DNA from: Macrostomum lignano
Taxonomy: Eukaryota
Reading direction: 5' to 3'
DNA: 64,000 nt
Assembly: GCA_002269645.1 (NCBI GenBank)
Contig: NIVC01002171.1
Location: forward strand, 10,860 to 74,859
Below are positions 11,040 to 22,673 of this stretch, piece after piece. Position 1 is the first letter of the stretch, and every line of letters begins with the position of its first letter. The translations under genes and the position numbers were made by a program. Under the pieces are notes generated by a model. It did not search any database. It worked only from the letters and a program-made list of their open reading frames with translations, and was not told the DNA's origin.

Positions 11040-11308
11040 AAAATCCGAAAAAAGATGGGAAAATAGTGAAAGAAAAACGGGGGGCACGCAGAATGCTGGA
11101 CACGCTTGCAGGCAAAATAAAGTAAAACAGTCATTAAAACAGCACTTAATCGATAAAACAACAGTCATCATTGCAAAAAATATAAAATACAAAATTAGAA
11201 AAGTGCACGAGTTGAGAAGAAAAAAAAATCTGAGCATTTGAGTCCAAGCCAGAGGAAAAAGAAAGCAGACAGCACACCAGCTTCTACCCAGAGCAGGCAA
11301 ACGAAAAA

Positions 11309-12280
11309 TTATAGGCATTTAGACAGTTTGCGAACAGCCGCCAGCTGGAGGTCGAAGCCCCTCACCAGCCCCAGGTACACCTCAACCGCCGAGCTCCGCC
11401 AGTCGCCCAGGGCCTTGACGACCGGCAGCGGCACACCGGCGCGGAACGCCAGCGAGGCGCCGCCACGTCGAAGGCTGTGAGGAGACAGAGACCGGTCTGC
11501 CAGGCCGGCACATTGGACGACGTGCTGAAACAGGCGACAGAACCGGGTGCCGGTCAGGCGTCAGGCCGCCGCTGCTTCGGTAGGCGAAGAGGTGGGCGGC
11601 AGCGGCGCGGTCGGGCTGGCTGATGCGCAGGTGGTGAAGCAGCGCTGCCACCGGGCAGAGCGGGTGCTGCGCCGCGTGCCGGAGGCGCGGCAGGACAACG
11701 CGGTGCACTCGCTGGCGGAACTGGTTCGTCTTGGAGCGCCGAATGTGCAGGATGGCCAGATCCGGTAATACTTGCAGGTCGCCGCAGGTGACCGCTTCGC
11801 CGGCTGGTGGGAACGACTTCGAGCAGCACAGATTGGCGCGGCACAGGAGGCCCCAGAATCCGACCAGGACCGCCGCCCAGAAGGCTGCATCTTGAGGCTG
11901 CTGCAGGCGCAGGGTTCCTCGCAGTTTGAGGAGGTCACCCAGAGTGATGGGCGCCTTGCGCACCGGCGGCTTGGCGAGTTTGCGCTGCACACAGCGGAGG
12001 AGCAGGTCGATGCGGGGGTCGCGAGGAAGGCCGCGGCTGGTCTTGAGCTTGCAGTGCAGGTCTGCGGCGTTAATGTACGCACCAACGCTGGCATGCGAGG
12101 AGAGGCAGTCGGACAGCGCGATGATGTAGTGCGCGACCTGCTGCAGAGACGGTCTGATGCTGTCGATGCGCATCTGCTTGCAGAACCGCTTCCATGAGTC
12201 GATCTGGCAGCGGTAAGAGCGCGCGGTTGTCTCAGCGAAGGCCAGGTGGCAGAGCTCGCGGTAGCGCTTGCTGAAGTTCG
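11309..12280 (-). pseudogene. Tyrosine recombinase of the YR retrotransposon, frameshifted
   Basis: FWGLLCRAN (catalytic Arg apparently changed to Cys), SKTNQ and HPLCPV, then after a frameshift SHSPRRGGA...GDWRSSAVEVYL. Confidence 0.85.
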
Positions 12281-13780
12281 CGCTCGGGACTTGAGTCGGG
12301 CGATCTGTAGGGCGAGAAATTCGCAGGTGGCTGGCGAGAGGGTGTGCCCTCTAAGGTTGCTAAGGTCAGCGTGAACAGAGCCAAAGAGCCGGAGCAGGAA
12401 GTTTGTCAGCTCGCTGATGTCATCGGCTCGGCTGCCACTATCAGCAAAGATCTGGAATGTCCCGGGGACGTGGAAGGCCTGGACGGAGAGGTCGCGGTGC
12501 GCAGCGAGGAGCATCAGCTGTTGCAGAGCCGAGTTGACGACCCGATTTGGCGACGAGCCCTTGTTGATGGCGCCGACTGCGGCGGTGCTGTCAGAGTAGA
12601 TCACAAGCTGGCTGCCCGGTTGCAGCTGCTGCTGGAAATGCAGAGCCGTAAGCACTGGCGCGAGACTTTCCTTGAAGTTGATGTGCAGCGGCTCGATCTC
12701 GGTTGAGTCGCGGTGCCAGTCCATGATGAGCCAGCTGGTGATGCGTGGGCCGCGGATGATGCCGCAGCCGCCCCAATTGGACGCGTCGGACTCGATGGCC
12801 CAGCTGGGCCCGTGGGAACGCCAGATTTTGCAGCTGGGGGAGGCGGCCAGGCAGGCGTCCCACCAGCTAAGGATCTCGCGGAGATCATTGTGCACGCGCA
12901 GTTTGTGCCGCTGCTTCTTCAGGTCGCTGAGCTCGAGCAGGAGTGGTCTCAGGAAGCACCTCCCAATGCGGACCACCTGGCAGACCCAGTTGATGCGGCC
13001 ACAGAGCGATTGGAGTTGGCGCTTGGTGATGCGCTTGCGAGAGAGCGCGGACTGCAGCTGAGACTTGGTGGCGTCGAGCTTGTCCTTCGGAAGCTCCAGC
13101 AGGCCGCTGACGGTGTCGATGAGGATGCCCAGGTAGACCAGTCTGGTGCACGGTGCCACCACCTTGCTCCAGTTGATGGAGAAGCCAAGCTTCCGCAGCA
13201 GATTGAGCAGGGTGTCGAGAGCGAGCTGGCAGTCGTCCTTGCTGGAGGCTGCTATGGCGAAGTCGTCGAGATAACTGCCGATATCGTTGAAGCCCCGTCT
13301 CTGCATCATGCGCTTGACGGCCTGACTCAGGCGGTGGAAAACTTCCACGGAGGCAGCAGCGCCAAAGGGGAGCCGCGTGTCGCAGATGTACGAATCGCTG
13401 CGCTGGTCGCTAAATTTCCACTTCAAGCCGGTGAGCCGAAAATCGTGCGGGCTGATGCCGACACTGCGGTAGGCATTGGCGAGGTCGACTTTGGCCATGA
13501 ACCAACCGGGCTGCAGCTTGGCGGTGAAGTGACTGACGGTCTCGAACTTGATTCTGTAGTCGGAAGAAAATCGGCTGTTTAGGGAGAGACCCGGAGGGTT
13601 AGAGCAGTCGTGGATGAGTCGAATCTTGTTGTTGCCCTTCGGAATGGCGCCAAGGGCGCTGATGACCTCCGGTTTGTCACTGACTTGAACGTAGCGGCCA
13701 TTAAGGATTTCCTCTCGCACCTGCTGCTCGACCAGCTGCCGGTAACTGTTGACTGATAGGTAGTTCTGGATTTCTGACAT
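11561..13780 (-). CDS. DIRS/Ngaro-type reverse transcriptase-RNase H
   Basis: KIRLIHDCS, AKVDLANAY, LPFG, YLDDF, IESDAS, HINFKE, SDSTAAV, HVPGTFQIFADSGSR. Confidence 0.9.
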   Translation of the reverse strand: MSEIQNYLSVNSYRQLVEQQVREEILNGRYVQVSDKPEVISALGAIPKGNNKIRLIHDCSNPPGLSLNSRFSSDYRIKFETVSHFTAKLQPGWFMAKVDLANAYRSVGISPHDFRLTGLKWKFSDQRSDSYICDTRLPFGAAASVEVFHRLSQAVKRMMQRRGFNDIGSYLDDFAIAASSKDDCQLALDTLLNLLRKLGFSINWSKVVAPCTRLVYLGILIDTVSGLLELPKDKLDATKSQLQSALSRKRITKRQLQSLCGRINWVCQVVRIGRCFLRPLLLELSDLKKQRHKLRVHNDLREILSWWDACLAASPSCKIWRSHGPSWAIESDASNWGGCGIIRGPRITSWLIMDWHRDSTEIEPLHINFKESLAPVLTALHFQQQLQPGSQLVIYSDSTAAVGAINKGSSPNRVVNSALQQLMLLAAHRDLSVQAFHVPGTFQIFADSGSRADDISELTNFLLRLFGSVHADLSNLRGHTLSPATCEFLALQIARLKSRARTSASATASSATWPSLRQPRALTAARSTHGSGSASRCASTASDRLCSRSRTTSSRCPTASPRMPALVRTLTPQTCTASSRPAAAFLATPASTCSSAVCSANSPSRRCARRPSLWVTSSNCEEPCACSSLKMQPSGRRSWSDSGASCAAPICAARSRSHQPAKRSPAATCKYYRIWPSCTFGAPRRTSSASECTALSCRASGTRRSTRSARWQRCFTTCASASPTAPLPPTSSPTEAAAA

Positions 13781-13926
13781 AGTTGAGGCTCTTTCTGACG
13801 GGTCAGGGCAGGTGAGTTGGAAACCGTTGCGGATGCCATTCAGCAGGAATTCGCGGTCAGGGTCGTCAGTCAGCTCAGCTTCCCAGGAGGCTGTGGCGAG
13901 GTCGGATGAGAAAAAGGTGTCCTTAA

Positions 13927-15077
13927 TCCCCTGGTGCCACCTGTTGAAGGTGCCGACGGCGTCGGGGTGATGGCTGAATGCTTGACTGACTAGCTGAGGA
14001 TGTCCAGCAGTTGATTTTTGCCCACTATCGAGGCTTGATCGGCGAAACTAGGGAAATTCTTATCAGGCTGTCCATAGTCACCTGGTGTAATCTGTTGAAG
14101 GAGCCGACGGCGTCGGGATGATGGTTGAATGCTTGACTGACTAGCTGAGGATGTCCAGCAGTAGAGGTTTGCTCATTATTGAAGCTTGATAAGAAAAACC
14201 TGACATATTTGCAACAGGCTGTCCATAGTCACCTGGTGTAATCTGTTGAAGGAGCTGACGGCGTCGGGATGATGACGGAAGGCTTGAGAGACTAGCTGAG
14301 AATGTCCAGCAGTTGATTTTTGCCCACTGTCGAGGCTTGATCGGCGAAACTAGAGAAATCAGCATCAAGGTGTTCATAGTCATCTGGTGTCATTTGTTGA
14401 AGGTGCCGACGTCATCGGGGTGATGACGGAATGCTCGAGAGACTAGCTGAAAATGTCCGTCGGTTGAGGTTTGCCCATTATTGAAGCTTGATAAGAAAAA
14501 CCTGACATAGTTGCAAAAGGACGTCCATAGTCACCTGATGCCACCTGTTGAAGGTGCTGACGGTGTCAGGATGATGACGGAATGCTCAGGAGACTAGCTG
14601 AGGGTGTCCGGCAGTTGAGGCTTGCCTACTGTCGAGGCTTGATCGGCGAAACTCGAGAAATTCGCATCAAGGTGTCTATAGTCACCTGGTGCCACCTGTT
14701 GAAGGTCTAGAAGCTCTGTCTCGCTGAAGGCCAGTAACCAACGAAGTCAGAGCTGATGCAGACACATTTGGTCGACGTGCTGATGAAATTTGGAGACCTG
14801 GCAAGGCTGCACTGAGGCGCAGTGCTATTTGGCGCACAGGGGTGTACTGAATACACTAGCGCTTATGGGAAAAATCCGACCTTCTGGCAGAATCGTCGAA
14901 TATCTCGACGGTCCGGAGGGCTGGCGACTTGATTCTTGTTTGAGAAGGTGCGCAACAAAAAGTTAGCCCGTGTTCTTGAATTTCGTGTGCCTGCGTTGCT
15001 CCGTTCCGGCGCAGCAGAAAAATTGTCAGGGGGGGGGGGAATTCCCCCCCCCTCTTGGTACGAGCGTAGTTCTACTG
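13927..15077. mobile_element. One end plus internal repeats of a TTAA-associated DNA element related to 37847-38568
   Basis: Ends ...CTACTG followed by TTAA (15078-15081). Shares an 18-nt block (13942-13959 = 38249-38266) and a 19/20-nt motif (14891-14910 vs 38406-38425) with the 37.8-kb element. Confidence 0.55.
13930..14700. repeat. ~151-bp tandem array (~5 units) alternating two variants (~301-bp higher-order repeat)
   Basis: The anchor CATAGTCACCTGGTG..CTGTTGAAGG recurs near 14073, 14224, 14374, 14525 and 14676; the spacer variants alternate. Confidence 0.88.
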
Positions 15078-15629
15078 TTAATGTTCCCTAGGGATCTGTC
15101 TCAGGTCCTACCCAAATTCTTACTTTTTATAAATGACCTTCTTGAAGCTCAGAAAGTCTTCAGATGATACCACTCTACATGCCTCTTTTAAATTTTGCCA
15201 CCCACCTCTTCAGGCCTTACAAAATTGTAGAACTGATGTTGCATCTTATTTGAGCACAGATCTTTAAAAGATTTCACATCGGGGTTCTGACTTGAATGTC
15301 AAGTTTGATTCTAATAAATTTGAGTAAATAATCATTAGCAGCAAGAAGGATTTCTGTGATTTCCACCTGCTTTTTGAAAACTCAGTCTTCAATATTTCTA
15401 ATCAGGGACAACTAAAACCCTCGGGACACGAAACGAGCCAATTCATGGCAAAAAATCTGAGGGGCTCGCTTAAAAGTATTGTTCTATGGCTTTTTCAAGT
15501 CTTCTCTGCTATTAGGCATTAACGGTTAGATTAAAAATTAAAGCGAGGCAATGTCGAGTATTTAATTTAAAGAATAGGAACCAGTGATATAATTACAATG
15601 TATTTACAATAAAGTAACCGCCATATCAC

Positions 15630-15775
15630 CAAAAAACTCCAACGACAAGAAGATAAAAGATGAAAGCAAAGATATAACTCCAACGGCAAGAAGATAAAGG
15701 ATGAAAGCGAAGATAAAACTCCAACGGCAAGAAGATAGAAGCAAATACGGAACTCCAAGGACAAGACGACACAAG
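15630..15775. repeat. ~42-bp tandem repeat (~3 copies) in the P-like element 3' region
   Basis: AACTCCAACGGCAAGAAGATAAAAGATGAAAGC.AAGATA repeated. Confidence 0.8.
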
Positions 15776-15816
15776 CAGTCAGTAGCTCGTACATAAAGGA
15801 AACGCTGGAACTTCAT

Positions 15817-17080
15817 CTACTGAGCATCTACATGTAACTTCCGAAGCTTTCTATCATGGGATGTCGTCGGTATTGGTGGGAGTTTTGACGAGCGTCTTAC
15901 TAGTCCTTTGAAAAAAACGTTGGCTAGCCGACGGGACACACTGTCCATGCTGAACTGTGTCTTTTTTGGAAAGTAAAAGTCCTTAATAACATAAAACAGC
16001 TTCTGCACGCGAGTTGCGCACGTAGGAGAGTGCAGAATAAAACTGCTGTAGCAGAGACAGGATAAGTCTAACAGCCATTGTGGAGGATGACAAAGCTTTC
16101 CGCGAGATAACTCTTCAGTGAATTCGCTGGCTGGAATGCTCGTCTCTGATATCAAATCTGTTCCTTTGATGCCTTCTCTAGTCGCTGTATAACCTGTCAA
16201 TTTCCAATAAAGCACGGTTTCAATTGTTTTTATGAGATTGTGTAAAACCTCGTTGTGAATTAAATTTTAATTAATATCCAGCTTACCTGCGATATAGTAG
16301 AGCGAAGCCATCTCCGAAATGGAAAGCTCCTCTGATTTAGCAGCACAATTATCAATGGTCGCCAGTTCAATTTCATTCAGCTGTTCATTGCAACATTTGC
16401 TCCGATCGTGCTTGTAGTCTGCTAATTCAAGGGATGCGAATAATTTCATTCGTCGGAGTCGAGCACTGAGCAGCACTTGCTCCACAGTGGTACATAGTAG
16501 TTGCCGCCGCTCATTTGGCGATACACGCCAAACTCAGCCTCAAGTGGATCACTGTGAAAGTCAGCCAGCAGAACGTAGCTGATTCGTGGGTCGGACAAAA
16601 GAACCTCACACATCTCACAGGCTCCGCGCAGTGAGTTTACTAGCTCTGACTTGGTCTCGGGCGTCAATGAATGATGGCGAGCTCGGCCTTTTCCACAATG
16701 TGTCGAATCAAACGAATCCGCGAGCGCGCTAAGAAATTGTATGCTTTCATCTTGAACGGAATAGACTGATCATTTAGCGGATATCTGTCTGTCAGCGCCA
16801 GGAGGTTGAATGCTTAGAATTCCATTCGCTTCCATTTGCAAATTGTTGCGAATGCATTTGATAATGTGAACGAAATCGAACAGCATGAAGAATTCCGACT
16901 CCTGTGCAGCATCCGTTCCAATCCATGGCTTCTCTCTTCCATCGCTAAATAAAGCAAAACACTTGCGGTTGGTAGGGTGATTGTCGCTGACGAGAGCAAC
17001 GACACGGCCACCATTGTTGTTAATTGCTTTAATATCGCTTTTGACGCTCTAGATAAGACTTTAGACATTCAAAATAAGAC
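15817..17080 (-). pseudogene. P-element/THAP9-like transposase, central and C-terminal parts, frameshifted; THAP domain absent
   Basis: GRVVALVSDNHPTNRKCF, MLFDFVHIIKCIRNN (DxxH motif), SDPLEAEFGVYRQMSGGNY, SLYYIAG. Confidence 0.88.
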
Positions 17081-17177
17081 TGCATAGGATCGCAAGCAAG
17101 GCCAGGCTAGCCACGGCCAGAGCATGCCCAGTCTTGGCGGCAGGAATGGCTTGGCCATAGACTAAAAAATGGGATAT

Positions 17178-17860
17178 CAAAATGAGAATAAGACGCTCAA
17201 TATGAGACTGAGTGTGAAAGCCTTCAGATATCGCTCTAACCCTCTGACCCTCAGCCAGCTCTCCTTCTTCACCCCTTGGGTTGCATCTGACCCTTTGGAT
17301 TTCACTGTGATGGCACCATCGATTCCTGCAGCAGACCGTCAGCGTCTGATCGACGCAGTAAACAATGGATCAACCATCCTAGCTGCCGCTCAAATTCTCA
17401 AGATCAAGAGAGCGTCCGCCTTTAGGATCGCTGCGGAGTTCCGCCTCCATGGCAGAGTTGAATCCCTACCTCGTGGCGGTCGGAGAGAAGAAAATTGCAA
17501 GGCTGACAACGAGATGAGAGACGCTGGAGGAAAATCCCTTCCTCACACTCAAGGAAATGTCCTCACGTCTGGCTACGCAGTTTCCGGAAAAGCCGCAAGT
17601 CAGCTACAAGTGCGTGGACCGAATGCTGCACGGTCTGCTATACACCGTGAAGCTGGCTGTCAAAGGCACTGACGCGAGGATGAGGACAAATTCTGAGGCA
17701 AATATCGAAGCCAGGAACAAATACGCCATGTTCATGCTTAATTTGGCTCAAGAGACTCGCACTGTCTTCTTGGACGAGACCGGGTTCAATCTCTGGACTG
17801 CCAAAAAGAAAATAAATTACGTTCACTCCCGGTCTCATATTGAGCGTCTTATTCTTATTG
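17178..17860 (+). mobile_element. Internally deleted Tc1/IS630-like element
   Basis: An HTH N-terminus (RQRLIDAVNNGSTILAAAQILKI...PRGGR) and the first catalytic Asp (VFLDETGFN). Imperfect ~40-bp inverted repeats at 17178-17218 and 17822-17860. Confidence 0.72.
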
Positions 17861-17861
17861 T

Positions 17862-20772
17862 CGTCGCCGGACCGTAAGGAGTTGCGCCGTTCCACAAATG
17901 GTTTGAGCCGGTCGTGGTGCGCCACCTGCCTGCGTCGCATTTTTTTCTATGCCACTTACTGGCTCATCGTTGTATATTCTGTGGTCACAGATGCTCAGCA
18001 CGTAACTGTTGCCTCGTCGTGTCCTTAGCAGCGGACCCTTGATATCGATCTGGACCATCTCCCATGGCCTCGACGGCAGTGGAGTCGCTTGCAGTGGTGC
18101 TCGCTGCGGCCGACTGCTGTTCTTCCGCCGAAGATAAGCGGCGCAGCTGGCGACCCAGTTCTTGACGTCGTTGTGCATGCCCGGCCACCAGCAGCGGTCG
18201 GCGAGCTTGTCCAGCGTTCGGTCTGTGCCGAGGTGACCGCTGCAGGCGGCGTTGTGCACGTCAGCCAGGAACTGCGCACGCAGGTGACTGGGCACCACCG
18301 GTTTGCCCTGCCGGACCAGCTCACCGTGTTGCCCGATCTGGATGTCGCCATTTGCTAGGAATTCTTCGACTCGCTGCCGACAGCCTTTGGACAGGTGGAC
18401 GAAGCCGTCACTGATCGCCTTGAAGACATTCTGCAGAAGGCTGTCTCGGAGCTGCTCTGCCAGGAAGTCATCGCGATTTGCAAGTTGAGTGACAGCCGTC
18501 CGACTGAGCACGTCTGGCACCACGTTCTCCCTCCCTGGCCGATAGCAGAGCGCGAAATTGAACTGCTGGATAGTGTCGAGCCAACGTGCCAGCCGACCCT
18601 CTTGCTCCTTGGTCTGCAGCAGGCCCTTGAGCGGCTGGTGATCGGTAAACACAGTGAAGTCTTTCACGTTGCACAGGTAGGCTCTGAAGTGCTTGAGACT
18701 CCAAACCAAGGCGAGCAGTTCCCTGTCAGTGGCCGAGTAATTTCGTTCCGCCTTGTTGAGGTTCCTGGAGGCAAATGCCACTGGAAGCTCCGCGTCTCCG
18801 TAACGCTGGCATAGAACCGCACCCACTGCGAAGGCGCTGGCGTTGCAGCTCAGGACAAATGGTCGGCGGAAGTCCGGCAGGCGAAGCACAGGTGCTCGCC
18901 CAGTTGCTCCTTGAGCGTCTGGAAGGCCGTCTCGCACTCGTCTGTCCAGGTGAAGCCCGTCTTCTGTGTTGCGGCATGCAGTGGTGCCGCTGTCTTGCTG
19001 AAGTCCCTGATGAATCTGCGATAGAAGCACAACATGCCGATGAATCGTCGCACCTCCTCGGCAGAATTTGGTGACTGAATCTTGACCAGGGCCTCCACTT
19101 TGTCCGGATCCGGCCGAATTCCTTCCCGGCTGACGATGTGGCCCAGGTACTTCACGCTCCTGTGAGCAAACACGACTTGTCCTTGTTGAGCTTCAGTCCC
19201 GCAGCTCGCAGCCGGTCGAAAACTTTGCGCAGGCTGGCCAGATGCTCTTCGAAGCTCCGACTGAACACGATCAAGTCGTCCACGTAGACTAGCATCTCCT
19301 CCCAGGTCAGGCCGGACATAACGAGCTCCATTAGCCTCTGGAAGGTCGCAGGAGAGTTGCACATACCGAAGCCCATCTTCTTGAACTGCATAAGGCCTCG
19401 TGTGGAATAGAAAGCAGTCTTGTAGCGGTCCGCCTCGTCGACCACGACCTGGTTGAACCCCTGCTTGCAGTCGATGGTGGTAAACCAAGAGCAGCCCGCC
19501 AGAGCATCCAAGTCAGGGTTGACATCCCAGCAGTCCGACTGTTTGACTGTGCCAGCGCTGTTGTTGATCAGGTCGGCAGCTTCAAAAGAGCCGACGGCCT
19601 TGTTGGCGTAGAGTAGCACCTCCTCGGAGCCTAAATTGCACACCCGGACAGGAATCTTCTGATCAGCTGAAACGGTCAAAACTCTCGAGACAAGCAAACC
19701 AGTCGCTTGGGTAAAGTTGGCGTCAGGCTCGAAGATGCCTTGCTCGTCTTCCGACTTGACGCGGAGCCACACCAGCTTTTCGCTTCGTGCTGGAACCCTT
19801 GTTTTGCTTTCCACTCGAGCAACGAGGGTGCCGGTCACCATTCGGACGCTTGAGCTGCTGTTGAAGAACGGGACTTTCTCTCCGTTGAGGCATACGGTCC
19901 TACCAACGATGTCGATCTGAAGCTCTCGGGTGGTTCGGGTGATGAAGTCCATGCCGAGGATGAGATCCAGACTGATGTTCTCCACCACGTTGAGCTCATG
20001 GACAACCTTGACTGACTGGCCGACTTGAATTGTGGTTCGGGCAATCCCGATGCAACCCAGGCGGCCACCATCGACCGAAGTCGGGCAGCAGCTTCCACCG
20101 GGCTCGATCTGAAGGCCGCAGACTTGCGCGAGGCTGCGGCTGATCAAGGATGTCTGTGCGCCAGTGTCGAGCAGGAAACTGACCTCCTTGCCTTGCAGAA
20201 GCGCACGCACGAAGATTGAGAGTGCAGATTGGGCACTTGATTGACGGGTTGGAGCTAGCCCTTCGCTGCCAACCCTCAGAAGTTTCCCGACGGCCAAGCC
20301 TTTGACGGACAGACAGCCGCGCCGTGGCCCCAGCGGGAGCAGTTGAAGCAGCGACCTTGGCCCTGAGATCCGCCAGCAGGGCACCGGCGGGCGATGTGGC
20401 CTTCCTTACCGCACCGAAAGCAACCTGATGACCGCTGCTGCTGATCTCTCGGCCTGCCGCCACCGCGTCCTCTCGCGCTGCCGCCCCTCGTCACCGCAGC
20501 CGTCAGGATCTCCAGCTGCTGCTCCAGCCGTGCCAGTCGATCGTCAACCATCGCCACTGCGGGCGAGTTGCCTGGTTTGCATTTGCTCGCGATTTGCTCC
20601 AGCCTCGTGGCCCGCTCGACCAGCTCCTCCAGCGTGCAGGAGTCCAGGTCCCTGTCCTTGACCAGGGTGTCACGTATGTCCGCAGTCATCAGCTGAATTA
20701 TTCGAAATTTCACCTCACGATCTCGCAGCGCCGAGGAGTCATCAGGCCGTGCTGTCATGTACAGAATGCTCA
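17862..20772 (-). pseudogene. LTR-less Ty3/gypsy gag-pol with internal deletions
   Basis: Knuckles CFRCGKEGHIARRC and CFNCSRWGHGAAVC, LLDTGA protease, YVDD RT, RNase H (ELLALV, TDHQPL), integrase zinc finger, then a deletion joining to HDRLKPF. Confidence 0.9.
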
Positions 20773-22385
20773 CAATACTTTTAAGCGAGCCCCTCAGATT
20801 TTTTGCCATGAATTGGCTCGTTTCGCGTCCCGAGAGTTTTAGTTGTCCCTGTTTCTAATAAAGTCACACTTCTTGGTGTCATAATTGACAATGGACTTAC
20901 ATTGTATGAGCACCTTATAACCCAAAGAAAAAAAGCAGATTCTATACTCGGTTGGACTACTAGAGCTAAACATCCTATTCCTTAAACTCATTTGGCTACC
21001 CTACGAGTATAAAGGTAAAATTAGACCACTTGTTGTCACCCGGGTCGGTTTGATCTGCCAGCGAGTCCCCATCTTACTTTATTGGACCGTGTCGAGCTGA
21101 AGGCTGCCAGGATCATTGGTGACTCCTTCGAGGTTCCATATAGCCTTAGGGCTCGCTGAACTGTTGGTGGACTGTTGGTGGGTCGAGGCTCCAGCGAACT
21201 TCAGCAGCACCTGCCCCCTTTTGCTCCACAGTCACACTTTGGTCTCCGCTGTAGCAGCAAACAGCACGACTTCTCCCTTCAGATTCCTTTGTCTAAAACT
21301 GGCAATGCAATCGGTGCTTCATTCCCACTTACTGTAAATTATGGAACTCTAACCTGCATCATTAGCTATCCTGGCATCCAGCCATCCATTTTCAAGAGCC
21401 AGGTGTCTCAAAGACCATCTTGATCAGTTTTTAGTCTACTCTTTTGTCTTGTTCTTCTTCCATTCTCCGTTTGTCTTCTTTCGCTTCCGCCTTTCCTTTC
21501 CGCCTTTCCTTTTCGTAGCCATGGGGCATTTTCATTGCAGCTAGCATAAAGTTTGCCAAGTGACATCGATAAGATGATCATGAAAAGTTCAAACACTATC
21601 TATTTATTGACCGCAATAGATACTAAGATGGAGCATTCTAAAGCTACTACTGAGTAGTATTAAGTTGCTATGAAGCTGTTGGTTTCAATCCTAGCGATAG
21701 GATAGGATTGAGTTTTAGTGATATTCCACAAGGCAACCGGCATAAAGGCGGCACCCTTCGGGCAATCGCCACTCTGGACAAAGAAATCCCCTGAGCGTTG
21801 CCGTTTTCTGGAGCCACAGGTAAGTGAGCGACGCAGTTTTAGTCTGCGTTTGCCGCGTCTGCGTCCTGTGGTGTCGTTGTCTACCCCACCCCCGCGGAGG
21901 CGCAGGACACGATGGAGGCTGTCTGGCTCGGCGGGCGGCGTGTCTCCGGAAGGTCTGTGCTGGTGCGGGCCATTTGTCGTTCCCAGGTCGAGGCCTGGGT
22001 CCACGGGCCCCCCGGGGCTCCGACTGATTGCGTAGTAAGTAAGTAAGTGGAGTCCCTTCTTGGATGGTGTCCGCAAGCCCCGTTGCATAAGCTGCTGGTG
22101 CTGCTGCATCATCGCGGTCATGTAGTCGAGGAGGGCGTTGACATCAATACCAGGTGTAACAGAAGAGGCGGCAGAAATCGGTGCAGCGGCCTGAGCAACG
22201 GGAGGAGCCATTGTCCCGGTTTAAGTAGCCGGTGAAGCCCCACTGAGGTCGAAAGGCGGTTGCTTAGTTCCGTCATAGCCGCTCTGATTGCTTTTCTCCA
22301 CGGATGGCGTGGAAGGCAGGAATGACCAGGTGGGGCTGGGGAGAAGGGTGCGGCACCCTCAGCCTGAGCTGGCCTCGTTGATGTG

Positions 22386-22585
22386 CAGGTAGCTTTGGGA
22401 CTGACCCCTCATTATCCAGGTAGCTTAGGAGGGACTGACCCCCCATTATCCAGGTAGCTTAGGGTGACTGACCCCTCATTATTCAGGCAGCTTAGGGTGA
22501 CTGGCCCTTCATTATCCAGGTAGCTTAGGTGGACTGACCCCTCATTATCCAGGTGATTTGTAGGGGGACGGACCCCATCATTGTC
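22386..22585. repeat. ~33-bp minisatellite (~6 copies)
   Basis: GACTGACCCCTCATTATCCAGGTAGCTTAGG units start at 22399, 22433, 22466, 22499, 22532 and 22567. Confidence 0.9.
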
Positions 22586-22673
22586 CTGGCTACTCGGGGT
22601 GTTAAAAGGGGGCGAGGGCCGCTAGTCACTGCACATGTCACAACCAGTCTCAACCAAAACCCTCCGAGCTCAG

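Larger units (their letters stand above)
10677..13925 (-). mobile_element. Ngaro/PAT-like tyrosine-recombinase retrotransposon, 5'-truncated (no gag or A1 repeat)
   Basis: The RT/RNase H ORF overlaps a YR ORF, and the 3' end has B1-A2-B2 split direct repeats. Confidence 0.85.
15403..20851 (-). mobile_element. P-element-superfamily DNA transposon (5,449 bp) with 79-bp TIRs, carrying nested or captured sequence
   Basis: TIRs 15403-15481 and 20773-20851 (77/79 identical, start CAGGGACAACTAAAA), a perfect 8-bp TSD TTTCTAAT, and an internal P-type transposase remnant. Confidence 0.92.
15079..21420 (+). pseudogene. Degenerate CR1/L2-like LINE RT remnant (15079-15402 and 20852-~21420), split by the P-like element
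   Basis: VP*GSV.GP...FLLFINDL...DDTTL. The frame FNISN|KVTLLGVIIDNGL continues across the TSD. C-terminal SFPLTVNY..L..IFK motif. Confidence 0.75.

Noticed and set aside
12344-13582. Several plus-strand ORFs up to 289 aa opposite the YR element's RT (similar shadows at 40413-42370 and 44553-47748)
   Set aside because: Antisense shadows of GC-rich coding sequence with no recognisable motifs.
13930-14700. Regularly spaced repeats as a possible CRISPR array (also 22386-22585 and 23064-23338)
   Set aside because: The spacers are themselves repeated, there are no cas genes, and the context is eukaryotic.
15029-15052. G11-AATT-C9 hairpin
   Set aside because: Explained as a subterminal G/C tract of the TTAA-associated element; a similar C tract is at 38546-38554.
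21660-22211. 183-aa minus-strand ORF
   Set aside because: A gag-like low-complexity start runs into an unrelated insertion; no domain can be supported.
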